The notes under the pieces are model-generated. The model saw only the letters and a program-made list of their open reading frames with translations, did not search any database and was not told the DNA's origin. A DNA stretch of 63,027 nucleotides, counting the filler, from Choristocarpus tenellus KU-1152 (Eukaryota; Protista; Phaeophyceae): assembly GCA_964200185.2 (NCBI GenBank). It is 12 parts of 12 records of this genome, joined end to end, with 100 filler letters (N's around TTAATTAATTAA, not from the genome) between each part and the next. Parts side by side here need not be neighbours in the genome. Positions count along the whole stretch, not along the records: positions 27,705 to 39,905 come from CAXNAD020001926.1; positions 40,006 to 42,839 come from CAXNAD020024339.1; positions 42,940 to 49,722 come from CAXNAD020007362.1; positions 49,823 to 52,522 come from CAXNAD020025532.1; 8 more parts are not named here. The stretch is one strand, 5' to 3'. Shown in pieces: positions 37,445 through 50,012 of this stretch (position 1 is its first letter; every line of letters starts with the position of its first letter). Made by a program: the position numbers and the translations under genes.

Positions 37445-39740
37445 TGACTTGCTCCATAAGAAGAGAAAAATAGTCGTGTTTTGCATCAGCAAAGGCTTTC
37501 TCCTTGTGTACAGCTAGAAAGTTCGAGAGTGATCATTTCCCCTGCTTTCCACTTCGTGGTGGTCTTGTGCCAACTTGGGTCGAGTTGCTATGTCCTCTTC
37601 TCGTAAGATTTTCTCCAGAGCTATGCTTGCATTGCCACCGTAGCGATTGGAAGTTACTCTGTGGGTACTTTTCAGTTGGCCTGTGCTTTCATTCTTGTGT
37701 TGGGACTGCTGCTGTCTATCAGATTGCTGCTGAGTGAATCCTCACAGGTTTTGTGGCAACCCTCCGTTAGATTATATGTTGTAGAACGTTTGGTGGTGGC
37801 CCACAGTTGAGGGAACTTGGTTTGCTATTTGTCAGAAGAAAAAAAAAAGCGTGTTCAGGTATATAGATACACTAATGACTGTGATAAGGTCTCGCAACTG
37901 CAGCATTTAACACAGAACACATGTTCTTTTGGTATAGGGATCCTGCTGCAGTGAATGAGACTTGTAACAATCGCAGTTTCAACAGCGAGATTCATGTGTG
38001 GATGTGAGCACTAAACACAACCGTCAGGCTCCTTGCCTGAGCTGTCTGACGCCCCCTTTCCCAGGGCCTTCTGCCCTCGAAGCATGATGGAAGTATGTGG
38101 AGCGATGCAAAGATGATGTACCCACCGAATGAGGGCACTTATTTTTTTCCTATCAACGGAAACATAACTGAGCTGCACTTTTGATCACTTTTGTCCTGCC
38201 TAGTACAATGTGATACCTTTTATCTATTTTGTTTGCTACTGTGTGAAGAGTAGACGTGTGCATCTATATATACAATGTAGTTTTTCCTGAGGAGTCATGA
38301 CCCTGTGGTGCCCTGACGGTGCTCTCTCCTCGTCTTCTTCTTGCGGTCTGATGTAGTGGTAGTGTCCGATTTTGGATGAGTTGTATGATGTTTTGGACTG
38401 GATGGAAACGGAGAGATGTTCTAGAAGCCCTTGCTCCATGGTTAAGGATGAAGCATTGTGAAACAAGAGGGTGTGACTCTGTAGCTTTGTATCGCAGTGG
38501 GGCATGAGAAAACAGGTTTCTCACTGCCCTTCTGTCTTTCTGCACCATCTATTGTCTAGTTTGAAGATCAAATCTGTCTCAACATCTGGTGACTGTCTGG
38601 TGTGACTAGTCCTCTCATGTAAATGAGTTTGTTTGTCTGTCAAGTACTCTATCATGCACGCTTCCATGACCTAGTAACAAATGCGTAGATCCTGCTGTTG
38701 CTGGTGCGTTGAGCAAAAGCATGGCCGAACATGCATCCAACCTAACACCATCGTTAGGGAAGAGAGTGCAGTAGCTAGTGAAGCAGATTTGTCAGTGGTC
38801 TGTCAATTGTTACGACAAGCTGGGGATTCCCGTAGACTAGTTGGTGGATCGGTATGATGGTATATAAGTTATATCCCTAATGTACATGTATACCAGTGGT
38901 GTTGTGAGCTTACTGTCGTACTGTTATTGTTTTCTTTGCAGTCATACCGTGCTGCCGACTCCATGAACCACCTACTGCAACGTGTGTGCTTGTAGTCCTA
39001 ATGTCTATGATAGAGGGTTCAACACGGGGTATTTGAACTACTCTGGGCACTGCAATACTACGGTAGTGAGACGCCCCACCTTTGATTTAACAGGCGTAGT
39101 TGTCTTTCTTTCTGGGTTTTGTTTTTTCATCTTGATGCTGAGAAGAAACATAAAAAAGATTGTTTGAGATGGCATGTTACTTATTTAATGTAATCGTATG
39201 GACTGAATGTTGTTACCTTTTCCACCAATCAGATCAAGAGGTTATTTTTGTGATGTAAGACCTTTCTGTATTTTTCCTCATAGTGATCAGTTGCACACAG
39301 GAACTCACTTACAATAAGATTTACTTTTGTCTTGTTTTCAGCCGTGACCGCATCCCCATGCTCCAACCAAGCTCATACTCCGTAAAATAGTCATCGAGAG
39401 TTCTAGGGAGAGGGTTGTGCGAAGCACTCAAGAAGGTTTACCGCGTATTTACTATGTCATAAGTAAAAAATAATTGTGCTGATTGCTTGTTGAGAATTTT
39501 AGGATTCATCCTCCTGAGTGCCTTGGAAAAATGGAAGTGATATGAGCTTCCTACTTCATGATATTTTGTTTGAAGCAGTTGAACAGATGATCTAACCTAA
39601 TACTACTATTGTTATATACATGTACATTTACACCATGTACACAAGCAATAATCATGGATGGCAGTGCTTGATCTCTTGCCTCTCATTTCATACCACCACA
39701 ACATTGACAATATCAATGTATCATCATCATCATCCGTTCA

Positions 39741-39905
39741 GGCTCAAAGTATCTTGGGGTGTGTGGGGGGGTGGCGGCTGTCCAATCGGGGCCCTTTTTT
39801 TCATGTCGCGATTTTTGTCTGATTTGATTGTATTCATCAGATGGATAATGTAAGTGCACTTCTCCTGGTCAAGACCCGAATGGACACCCTGGTGTAGACC
39901 CCCCC
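39741..39905. mobile_element. MITE copy, truncated at contig end
   Basis: TIR ggctcaaagtatcttgggg plus the shared internal core. Confidence 0.85.
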
Positions 39906-40005
39906 NNNNNNNNNNNNNNNNNNNNNNNNNNNNNNNNNNNNNNNNNNNNTTAATTAATTAANNNNNNNNNNNNNNNNNNNNNNNNNNNNNNNNNNNNNNN
40001 NNNNN

Positions 40006-40032
40006 CCCCCCCCCTCCCTGATACTTTGGGTC
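40006..40032. mobile_element. MITE end inserted into ParB-element copy 1
   Basis: ccccctccctgatactttgggtc|att. The homologous site in copy 2 (52721-52730, tgttattcag) is empty. Confidence 0.75.
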
Positions 40033-40480
40033 ATTCAGCGGCCTGGCCTAATAATAAAACAAACAAGAACGCTTTTTATTGTTCGTGTATATACAGCACA
40101 GACACAGCATGTGGTTGCCCACGAAGGAGAGGGTTTGGTTCACAAAATGACACATCGTGCGTTTATTATCTCAGGCAACACCACAACGGTCCAGGGAAGG
40201 AGTGGACCTTACCCGCGAGAGGGGGGGGGGAGGGGGCATGATACTCAGCGGCCTGGCCTACCTTGTGCTGAAAGAAAAAACTGTTCACACTTCGTCTGTA
40301 CACATACATACTACATGGTCCCCGCTAATCAAGCATTTGGTTGACAGGGTTGCTAAACGCGGGATACTATCTGAACTTAGGTTGAATAGGAGGACACAGA
40401 GAGATCTTCACAACAGCTGTAACCCAACAAAGAGAAGTAGTAGAACGCCACCATCCCACCAACGTTGACAACTCCCTCAC

Positions 40481-41301
40481 CTTTTTGTACATTTTACGGA
40501 TCTCTGCTAGTGACACTTCTATCTTCTTCGTCTGGCGCTTGATAGCTTCTTCGAACTCGTGCTGAAAATATACCTTATCGTACTGCGTGCGCTCAACCAC
40601 ACTCTCGGTCGCGTCATTGAATGCTATAAGCGTGGCGATGCAGTGGGCGAACGGGGCAAGGGGTAGGTGGGAAGCGGTTCCGGGACACACGCGGCAGGCA
40701 GTAGTGAGCAAAATGTCGCTGCTGACAGAAAGACCACGAGGGATAAAAACGATCAACAACGAAAAGATCAACAACAGGCTGACTGACAATGAATCAAACA
40801 AAGGAAACACAGCAACAACTTGGTAGATCAGAAGAGTCATCCGGCGATCATGGAACAACAACAACACTCCATCACTCACCGTTGGCAATTAGCCTCTCTT
40901 CTGTTTGGTTGAACTCCATGTAGACCCGCATCATGAAAGCGCGTTCGTGATCAAACTCTCTCTTCAACACCGTTATTCTATGGTGTATGTCCAGTGTTCG
41001 TCCTTGAATGGCAAGCGCAGTGTCGGCGGTGAGCTGGTCCCCGTTGCCTAAGCAGTCTCGTTGGATAATGATGGACAGAGCAAACTGCTCCAGCCAGCCT
41101 TTTTCACGGATAGACTTGCTGACGCGCGCAAGGACGCACCATCTCTGTGCATGTGATGTTGCCGAGTTTCATTTTGTACATGCCGAGGTAGTGCTGTTCG
41201 AGGAGCGAGGACATGCCCTTCAGATTGCTGTCCGACGCTCTCGATCCATGGGCAGCGCCATTGGCGTGCAGGGAGGTCGTTGTTGAGCGAATGTTGGACA
41301 T
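40481..41301 (-). pseudogene. ParB/Srx-domain gene, copy 1. Exons 41301-40880 and 40623-40481; 17-nt deletion frameshift near 41130 and DGNHR>DIHHR
   Basis: SKSIREKGWLEQFALSIIIQ...TLDIHHRITVLK...ERLIAN|AFNDATESVVERTQYDKVYF...SLAEIRKMYKK. Donor GTGAGT and acceptor TAG are phase-compatible. Further candidate exons lie downstream. Confidence 0.72.
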
Positions 41302-41417
41302 GGCGAAGATTGGGAATGTGTGACGGGGATAGATAAGAAAGAGCTGCTGGTGGTATGTACGGAAGGGAAGGAATGGAAATGAGGAGTGAGGGCTGGGAGG
41401 TGCTGCTTTATTTCATC

Positions 41418-42385
41418 TGGTCCGTCGGTGCCCAAAGAACTCAGATTTCTCTTTCCGTTGATAACTGTGTTCCAAAAAGTATGAATATCGAACAGTATAC
41501 GATTTCATATTTAAAACAGATAGAGAGTATCAGTTTTTTGTGACCTTTTCGTTTCGGAAAATTTCAAACGTATTAGATCAACGAAGTATGTGGTTTGTAT
41601 TTTTATTTATTGAAATTACGAATATAATCGAATTTTTAATTTCCTAAAAACCAGAATACACGTATTTTCCGGATCATGGATTTTAGGCTGGTCCGACGGA
41701 TCGCTTGAACCTCGAAGTTCTCTTTCCGTTGATAATTGTATTTTTTTAAATATGAATGTCGAACAGTATACGATTTCATATTTCAAACAATTAGAGAGTA
41801 TCATTTTTTGTAACCTTTTCGTTTCGGAAAATTTCAATCGTATTAGATCAACGAAGTATGTGGTTTGTATTTTTATTTATTGAAATTACGAATATAATCA
41901 AATTTTTAATTTCTAAAAACCAGAATACACGTATTTTCCGGATCATGGATTTCAGGCTGGTCCAACGGATCACTCGAAACTCAAACATCGTTCATACGCC
42001 CGTCTTCAAATTCAATTCTATCGTGCCCAAGACCGCCTGTTGTCTGAGACCAGAGTAGAAACTAGTTTTTATTTAATCACAGCGAAAATAAATGTGTTTT
42101 CCATAACACGGATTTAATTCTGATCCGACGGATCACTTGAAACTCAAACATCGCACGCCCGGCTTCGAATTCAATTCTATCGTGCCCAAGGCCGACTGTT
42201 GCCTGAAACCAGATTAGAATCTAGTTTTTATTTCATCACAGCGAGAATAAATGCGTTTTCCAGAACACGGATTTCATTTTAGTCCGACGGGTCTCTTCAA
42301 ACTCAAACATCGTACACCTGGCTTTGAATTCAATTCACTCCTAGACCTTCTCACTGCCCAAGACCACCTGTTGCCCGAAAACACC
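41418..42385. repeat. Tandem arrays: two ~270-bp AT-rich units, then ~2.5 units of ~160 bp
   Basis: acgaagtatgtgg at 41581 and 41851 (period 270). aaactcaaacatcg near 41978, 42140 and 42299 (period ~160). Confidence 0.92.
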
Positions 42386-42839
42386 ATGTCAGTTGCTTCC
42401 ACAGCAAGGGGGTGGCTTTGTCACCTGCGTCGCCCCCTGCGTTGCCCCCTCATCAGTCCGCCAACAATGATGCGCTGGAGCTTTCTACCAATGACGCTTC
42501 AGCGACCAGCGCCAAGCTTCGCCGAGAATGAGCTGAACCCATCCCGGTCAACGAACAGGGTGACTGCTGCAAGCGCTTAGCCTGTGTGAAGAAGTTCGCG
42601 ACAGATAGCGAGTCCTTCCTTGCCCGCATGTTGGTCAAAGAGCAGGACATCATCCGGGCGTGTGAGAACCGCCGCGATTCGAAGCGCTTCGTTGGTGACT
42701 GTGTACCTGTCATTAAGTTGGGACCTGGAGCCGGATCTATGCTCGCGGCCAGCATTCCCGTATGTGCACAGTTTTTCAAGGCATCGTTCGGAATATCAAA
42801 TCATGTCATCGATGCTTGCAAAGGTACACCTAACGCAAG
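42386..42839 (+). pseudogene. N-terminus of a putative Sola/DUF7869-like DNA transposase (1-nt deletion near 42418, in-frame TGA near 42528), cut by contig end
   Basis: ...GDCCKRLACVKKFATD...IPVCAQFFKASFGISNHVIDACK. The CC-x3-C-x3-F ... VC-x2-FF-x3-FGIS pattern resembles the Cys-rich N-terminus of Sola-type/DUF7869 transposases. The catalytic domain is not in the window. Confidence 0.5.
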
Positions 42840-42939
42840 NNNNNNNNNNNNNNNNNNNNNNNNNNNNNNNNNNNNNNNNNNNNTTAATTAATTAANNNNN
42901 NNNNNNNNNNNNNNNNNNNNNNNNNNNNNNNNNNNNNNN

Positions 42940-43014
42940 CACACGTTTCCTGCTCAGGGTCCAAATGGACACCCTGGCGTAGACCCCCCCCCCCCCACAC
43001 AAATACTTTGAGCC
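42940..43014. mobile_element. MITE copy, truncated at contig start
   Basis: ggacaccctggcgtagacccccc...aaatactttgagcc matches the family end. Confidence 0.8.
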
Positions 43015-43023
43015 TTACTGGAA

Positions 43024-43054
43024 TTTTTTGTCGATTTATTTAAAGGGTTAGGGT
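43024..43054 (+). repeat. Interstitial telomere-like (TTAGGG)n, ~5 units. Shorter or degenerate tracts at ~705-722, 11641-11660, 52275-52288 and 59740-59850
   Basis: agggttagggttagggttagggttagggtta read directly. Confidence 0.85.
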
Positions 43055-43735
43055 TAGGGTTAGGGTTAGGGTTACCATATATAGATATGGCTATAGGTAC
43101 CTGCTTCTTTTGTATCAGGCATCTTGGTAGGTACTGATAGACCCGATAGGAAGAAGTGGAAAGGTGGCACAACTCAACACAAAAAGCAGGAAAAACGTTA
43201 CTAAATAATCACACTTCTTTGCCCTATACGAGCATAATGCTAGTCGCAAAGTAGGAACTACCTCGACTCACCAAAAAATTACGATCAACGCTCAGGAGAT
43301 CCAACACAAGCATAGTCTCACACCAGGGGTGAAAGAATTGTAAGGAAAATAGGAGTAAACATCGATGTATTCAACAGACCTAAGTGGATCTTTTGATCCT
43401 ATCTGCTGATTCGATTTTTTTGGAAGATGCCACCCTCTTTTTCGAACAATTATTAACAGCATATTAATTTGTCTTCATATAGAAGTACAATAGGAGATTG
43501 GGGTCTGGTAGTATAAGTAGTTTTCACAAGACAAGTACCTGCACAAACTTTATACTATAGTCGGACATTCCCTCCCTTTCCTTCTCTATTGTAAGTATCA
43601 GGTACCCTTTGGTCCATTTTTTTTCCTGAAGAGGGCAAAGTGTGTCGATTGAGTGATAGTGGACATTCCTTCACCGCACACAATGTTTACCCCAGTCATT
43701 ATACACCGATTGACTCAACAAGATGTTTTCAACAT

Positions 43736-43923
43736 AACCCAAAGTATCTTGGGGGGGGGGGGGGGGGGGGGGGTCTACACCAGCGTGTCCATTTGGGTCA
43801 TAACCAGGAAAAGTGTACTTTCATTATCCATCTGACGCATGCAACCAGATCGCCCAAAAATCGCGACATGAAAAAATTGTCTCCAAATGGATAGTCGCCA
43901 TCCCCCTCCAGATACTTTGAGCC
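43736..43923. mobile_element. Complete 188-bp MITE with TIRs and CAT target-site duplication
   Basis: cat|aacccaaagtatcttggggg...ccccctccagatactttgagcc|cat. Confidence 0.9.
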
Positions 43924-46744
43924 CATACGTTCCTACTTCTTCAATGTTGGCATCAACTTAGATATTCTTGCATGGGTAGTGTGTACTACGTATAGTATGA
44001 TGGTTTAACAGGACATTACATACAATACTTCCAAGTATGTGGATGTAATTTAATCTGCTGGCATCAACCTTTCTTTGGCGTCATTGAAGTACCCTCCAAC
44101 TTTTTTATAACTGTGTTCACTGCAGGGTGGCACCTGTTAAAAAAATCATGCCACAATCGTTGATGTACAAACGTCATACCGTGTCTTCAAAGCTCACCAT
44201 GAAGAGCCAACCCTAATACTTGTCACCGTGCACTATATCATTCCCCACACCCGTTGGTCCTCTTGATTGCAGATCACTTTGCATTTAAAACGTTTTTCAC
44301 TCTAGACCGTCCGACATTTAATGTTTAACCCTAGTTCCGTAATTTGTGAGCTGTCAAAACCAGTCAAGGAAGCTGTTGTTGCTCCCTAACTGTACAGCAG
44401 GAGGTATATCCTCTCTACTATGCCAAACTTACTGGACAATCATTCTCACTCTCCATGGATCAGGGTTTCATGTGAATGAAATTTGCTTCGTATTGAAAGC
44501 CCTAAGGTACAATTGCATAAAGAGGCTTTGCATAATTGTGGTGTTGAACCATCAGAGCTGTAGTATCCCAGTAAGGATCTCTGTGACCGCGTTCTGTTAC
44601 ATATCTTCCTAGCACTCTGGAGGGTCGTTTTGCACGATACATGGAAAAATGTTCGTGGCCTCTTCTACAGCCATAGTCTCCTGATGGGGCTTAGCTCTAT
44701 CTTGGGCATGGGAATGGGGGTGTCAGCAGAAGATTTCGAAAGCACCTTACATTCAAAAATGGTATACTATGGCTCTTCTTGAGTACATATCAATTGTTTT
44801 CCATTCTTTCAAATGAGGCGCAGTCTGACCAAATACAGAGGGACATACTTGCCTTCTTTCAACCACTTCACTTTGAGATTGTTTTGAAGAAGATTGCCGA
44901 AGAATCTGTTCAGATTGTGGGGTTTGAGGTGTGGTTGCATGCAAGCAGCTTACTTAGTAGTGAGCTTCAAGAATCACGAGCCAGCAAATAAATTGAACAC
45001 ACTTGCGCGCGCGCATGCATTTATGCACATGCAAAAATTGCGACACTCGATTCTCAGTCATTGCTCAAAATCCTTTTTGTGGTGTTCCAGAGTTGGTATG
45101 GTGAGTGTTTGCCTGGCTCGTGCTCAAGTGTAGCAACCCCGTTAGAGGTTTATTCCTCATTGATGAAGGATGGCGAAGGAGAACAAGGGGTGTACGGTGT
45201 GAAAATACCGGATGAGGAAAGGCAGGAAGGATCGACAACAGTGTCTGTATCCCACACTACGTTCCCTGAAAATCAAAAGTGAAGTTGAATTATAACATAC
45301 ACATCTTGACTGTACATGCCACAGAGATTAAGTTTTTGGAGTCTGCAGTGGGTTCTCTACATGTTTGTAATCTCATTTTGGCTCATAGAGCTTTATCTGT
45401 GTTGTATTTCTCCGAAAATAATGTGTGCATGATTTACCCCTCCCCACAGAACTTCTCTTGTGTTGGGGATGACCTCTATCATCACCAGAATTCAATAAGG
45501 CATCCTTTGAAAGAATTATGTGGATATCATATAATGTAACCAGACAAATGTTGCCTTGAAGAAATGTTTGTTGTAGTGACTTGGGTATGAGTCAATATGT
45601 GATTTGAGGACAGGAGAGAGGAGGATGATGTGAGATGTTGGAAGGCTTTCTTGGGAATCTCTGGTGGTTTTGTGGTGGTTTTGTGGTGGGTCTTGTCAGG
45701 GAACTGCCATGTTATTTATGGATGGAGTTCATTTAACCATTTACTACTATTGAAGCTCTTTAAATGTATTGGACGGACAAAAATAGATAGGTAGGTACCT
45801 ATCCCTATTCCTAACCCTAACTCTATAAGTTGGGGCATTTCCCTTGTTGTTCCAATCAATAAGAAAAGGTTGGGTGAAAGGTTTGATGAACTTCGTCAAT
45901 GGAGAACGTAAGGGATTTCGTCGTTTGGTGGATCCTTGTGAGTCATAGTTATATTATTGGAGTTACTCACCATCACGCGGCTATTCAACGATAACGTACA
46001 GAGGGAAACGTGTTAGTTGGTCGGGGTCTTGGTCAAGGTCTGAACGCTTTTTTTTTGTTGGGTTGAGTTTCATGGCAGGAAGGACATGAGGAGGTTGGAG
46101 GGGGGGAGACGTGATTAATCTTACGGGATGAGTGAGTACTTCAACCAGAGATAATGATCCATATCTAATTCAAACTCATAACACAGAACTCTTCAATTTC
46201 AATCTGTTTTTGTCGTAACCCATTAACCCACCGACTCAGTATGGATCAAGCACAGTTGAGCGATTGTAACAATTAGGTCGAAGATATATTTTGTATTTCT
46301 ATCAGGGTATTGTTGCGTATTTTTGTTTATAGAAACCTTCACTGTTGATTGGGTGATGATTCCAAAACATATTTTTCTTCTAAATCTTGAATAACGCCCA
46401 CTACAATTTCTGCCCCTCACGTTAAGGGTGACACCTTTTTGTGAGCTCCAAGGGTTTGATTTGTGTTTCCGCAAGTTTCAGCCTGCTCCTGAAAGCAGTC
46501 CATACTACCTTGATTCATATACCTAAGGTTTCAGAGAAGTGTGTAGTGTCACTGTTGCCAATCTTGGCATCTATCGTGTCTGTCGGTTTGTCTGAAAATC
46601 TGACGCCACCCTCCAACTTAAAATTATCCACAACTTCACCTGCCTCAAGGAGAGCGTTCATCGGTATACACAACATCATCTGCGCAAGTACAACGCTATC
46701 GGGGTTGTTCGACATATAAATTTATTGGGGAGGATAGGGGGAAC

Positions 46745-49261
46745 ATGGCGGACCAGGGTGGGACATGGCGTGAGGCGCATGGAGGGCCTGATGAACAGGG
46801 ACATTCCCTAGTGAATCGACGCATTCGTATCTGGTGGGATGGTGACTCCGCTTTCTACAATGCGGACGTCGTCGCGTAAGTGTGTGTTTAACTTTACTCG
46901 ATGTGCGCTCACGCTAAATCTTGTTTTGGGGTCTCCTCTTTACGTTCTAGTAGAATGATACCGAAGCGGGAAATGAGATTAATTGAGGGAGGAATTGCAC
47001 GCCAACATGTTGCAATTATTGCTATCCCCTGACACCCTCGAGCGCTATTTCTTGCACTATTCCTTTCTCAACCCTCATCCACATTGGCTTGCTCATGTTG
47101 AACTCTATTCATTTACTATTCGAATCTCCCTCCACGTGGTTCGTCTCTTACAATATGGTCCCATTCGACTTAGCTATGTCTCTGAGACGGGTAAGCACAA
47201 GGTGATCTACGTCGAGGACACGGACATATACGAGGAAGATCTTAGCCCCGGGAAACAGCGATGGGAGTTACTGGATGGGTCCGCGTCCCAAGAGCGCCGG
47301 GACCTACCTGGCCGTGCAGCGAAACCCACTAGCTTCAACGCGGCCCATTTTACGAGCCCCAGCAGCTCTGGGAAGAAGGCCACATATGCAGACATGGCCC
47401 TGGAAGTAAGTCTCAAGAACACGCGACTCGAATCCAAACATAGTTTGACTGATCTTTTGTGGATATCCTCCTACCAAGGACAATTTGACCTATTATCGCA
47501 ATTGTGTTTGTTCTTTTTCAAGAGTATTTTATACTAGGTAGTTGTCTTTAAATTGTGATGCCAACCTTTAGAGCCATACCTTGTTCGGAGCTTCTTGGGT
47601 TTTTTTGTAGTCTCCAATCCATCCTTTGGCACTTGTTGAATTGATTCAATTTGCTTAACATGTTAGCACACCCTCTGAAATTGAGTGTACAACATGGGGT
47701 GGGTACACTAAGGTTTCTGTTGTAAGGGAAAGAAGCAGTGCAAGCACTGCCTAGAGAGGTTGATGGGCCAAAGATTTTGCTCTGCCTTCGCCACCTTCCC
47801 AATGGAGTATATATAGATTGTTTCACTCTCAATGTCTATCTTCAGGCAGATTTTCCTTGTTACTTGTCCCTGACCCCATGATGCAGGGTTGCCAAATATT
47901 TTATTGGTTGGTAGACCTTACTCTTCTCATACACTTCTATCCTAATAGCCTCATCCCTGAACCCCCAAATTTTCTTCACCTCTCAACCCCAACCCCTTCA
48001 TGCCCCCAAGACATGCTGAAATTGCACACCTGACTCCTGCCCTATGGCCTGACCATTAATTGTTGGGGCTTGTCCTTGCTGATGCTTCTCTTGTGTATGG
48101 CCACCGCTTGTCAGGCCATTGCAGACATGAAGGACAAGAATGGTTCATCTCTCCCATCTATCCGCAAGTGGATCCAGAACAATTTTACTGAGACACGAGA
48201 GAAGCAGAAGGCCAGCTTCAACAGCCTTAGCATCAAGGTTTGCATCCTCTAGCCAAATGACCTGATCTTTTGTCCCAGCTCACTCCGACCTTGACCCGGC
48301 CTTTTATATTAGTCTGTATTCTTGTGTAGATTGTTGATGGTGTGATGCTCTACCTCCATTTGACCTCAGGATAAGAAACTAGTATTTTCTGCACATGTTG
48401 TGATAAAATCTATTAGCTCAAGCCCTGCTGTGAGAGTTACATGCTTCTTCTGGGATTGGTAATTCAAACTCCTAGGGTGCTCTGACCCCTCGTGTAGTTT
48501 GCTTTTGCACTTCCATTTCCTTCCATACCCTTGCGTTATTCTCTGAATCTTTGTCATCTCTGAATCCTTGCTGCTCCCTTGCTCCTTCACCACAGGCGTT
48601 GGCAAAGTTGGTGTCAGATGGTGTCCTTGAAAAGGTGAAGCACTCATTCCGATTGTCCCAGGACTACTTGCGGGAGGAGAAACGAAGGGAGAGGGAAGAG
48701 GCTAAGGCTAAGGGGGGCATAGCTTTGCTCAGACTTCAGGTAAAACTCTAGTGATGTCCCAACAAGCACATGATGGAAAGGGGAAGATGAGGAGTGGAGG
48801 GGTAGGGGTTAGGCATGGGAAGATTAAGGTGGATAGATGAGCGAAAGGTTGTGTGTGCTAGAGGAATTTTAATGGAGAGGTTGCTCCAAGATGAATATCA
48901 GAATGTTACTATCTCGCAAGTTGTTTTAGGTCGTTGACATGATAGTTGTGTTGGGGGTGTAGAGGGGTACCACCATATCAGCAAAATATTTTCTTCCGTC
49001 CAATTAATCAACGGTAGAGTCCTTCCAACTCAATCCTTGCTGTGATACCTCCCCCCCATTCCCCTTCAATCTTTGTATCTGGTTGTAGGTAACGGATGCG
49101 AAAGGGAAACATGGACCTGGACTTGGGATGGGATCTGGGGGGCAACGATCCAACATTCGTGGGCGAGGCCGGGGGGGAGGGGAAACATGGGAGGCCAACA
49201 AGCAGATGCGGCAGAACTATGAAAGGCGGATACAGAAGCGAAACGAATTCCTGTCAGAAAG
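46745..49261 (+). CDS. Chromatin protein with an N-terminal Tudor-like domain and a linker-histone H1/H5 globular (H15) domain, 5' part. Exons 46745-46875, 47174-47405, 48115-48237, 48596-48739, 49089-49261
   Basis: LVNRRIRIWWDGDSAFYNADVVAYVSETGKHKVIYVEDTDIYEEDL...RWELL resembles PDS5/MSH6-type Tudor. TYADMALEAIADMKDKNGSSLPSIRKWIQNNF...KALAKLVSDGVLEKVKHSFRLS is an H15 domain. All junctions are GT-AG and phase-compatible. Confidence 0.88.
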
Positions 49262-49827
49262 GTAAGCAAGAGTTGGTCTATGTGGTAATGGTGGAGCTAT
49301 ACACGCTCAGTGGGTCAGGGTATTTGTTGGCACTGCAAATGCAACTTCTTTAGGGGCAGGAAAAGTTTGCGAGATAAGGGTGGGCAAGGCAGCGTTGCAC
49401 TAAGGTTTGCTGCAGCACTGATGGGGCTTGTCTCAGGAACATGCTAACACAAGTATGGCAAAAGCCACCTTCTTTGGCTATGTGTATCATGCACCATTTT
49501 TCTCCTGTACCATTAGAGACACCTGCAGAGTTTTGTGTGCATTGGTGATGCTTTTGAACTGCTTCCCACTCCCCTCCTTTGCACCTCTTCCATTGTCCCC
49601 TTCTCTTGTATGCATCTACTCTACCCTCCTTTTCATGGATCTACTTGAAACACACTAGTTTCACCCCTCAGCTCCTTCCCCCCCCCCCCCCAAAACCACT
49701 CCCTACCGACCCTCCCCCCATCNNNNNNNNNNNNNNNNNNNNNNNNNNNNNNNNNNNNNNNNNNNNTTAATTAATTAANNNNNNNNNNNNNNNNNNNNNN
49801 NNNNNNNNNNNNNNNNNNNNNNCATGT

Positions 49828-50012
49828 GACTCAAAGCATCTAGGGGGGGGGGGGAGGGGGGATCAACACCAGAGTGCCCATTCGGGCCTTGGCCAGGAGA
49901 AGTGAGGATACATTATCCATCTGACGCATGCAACCAAATCACCCAAAAATCGTGACATGGAAAAATGGGCCCCAAATAGACAGCCACCGTCCCCCCCTAG
50001 ATACTTTGAGCC
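49828..50012. mobile_element. Complete 185-bp MITE with TIRs and TGT target-site duplication
   Basis: tgt|gactcaaagcatctagggggg...ccccccctagatactttgagcc|tgt. Confidence 0.9.

Larger units (their letters stand above)
40033..42839. mobile_element. Repetitive element copy 1: ParB-like gene (-), tandem arrays, Sola/DUF7869-like transposase N-terminus (+)
   Basis: 40033-42425 aligns by eye along its whole length with 52725-55426 in another contig. Both copies are truncated by contig ends. Confidence 0.8.

Noticed and set aside
41418-42385. 270/160-bp arrays as CRISPR or as coding ORFs (e.g. 41616-41837, 41858-42058, 54357-54623)
   Set aside because: Whole units repeat with no unique spacers. The ORFs are AT-rich by-products whose frames are not preserved between units.
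43024-43054. True chromosome end
   Set aside because: Only ~5 units and internal to the contig, so interstitial.
44400-46715. Possible minus-strand gene divergent from the Tudor-H15 gene (ORF 46715-46515 and exon-like pieces at ~45270 and ~44910)
   Set aside because: The ATG would be only 30 bp from the plus-strand ATG. I could not build a stop-free, phase-consistent exon chain or recognise a domain.
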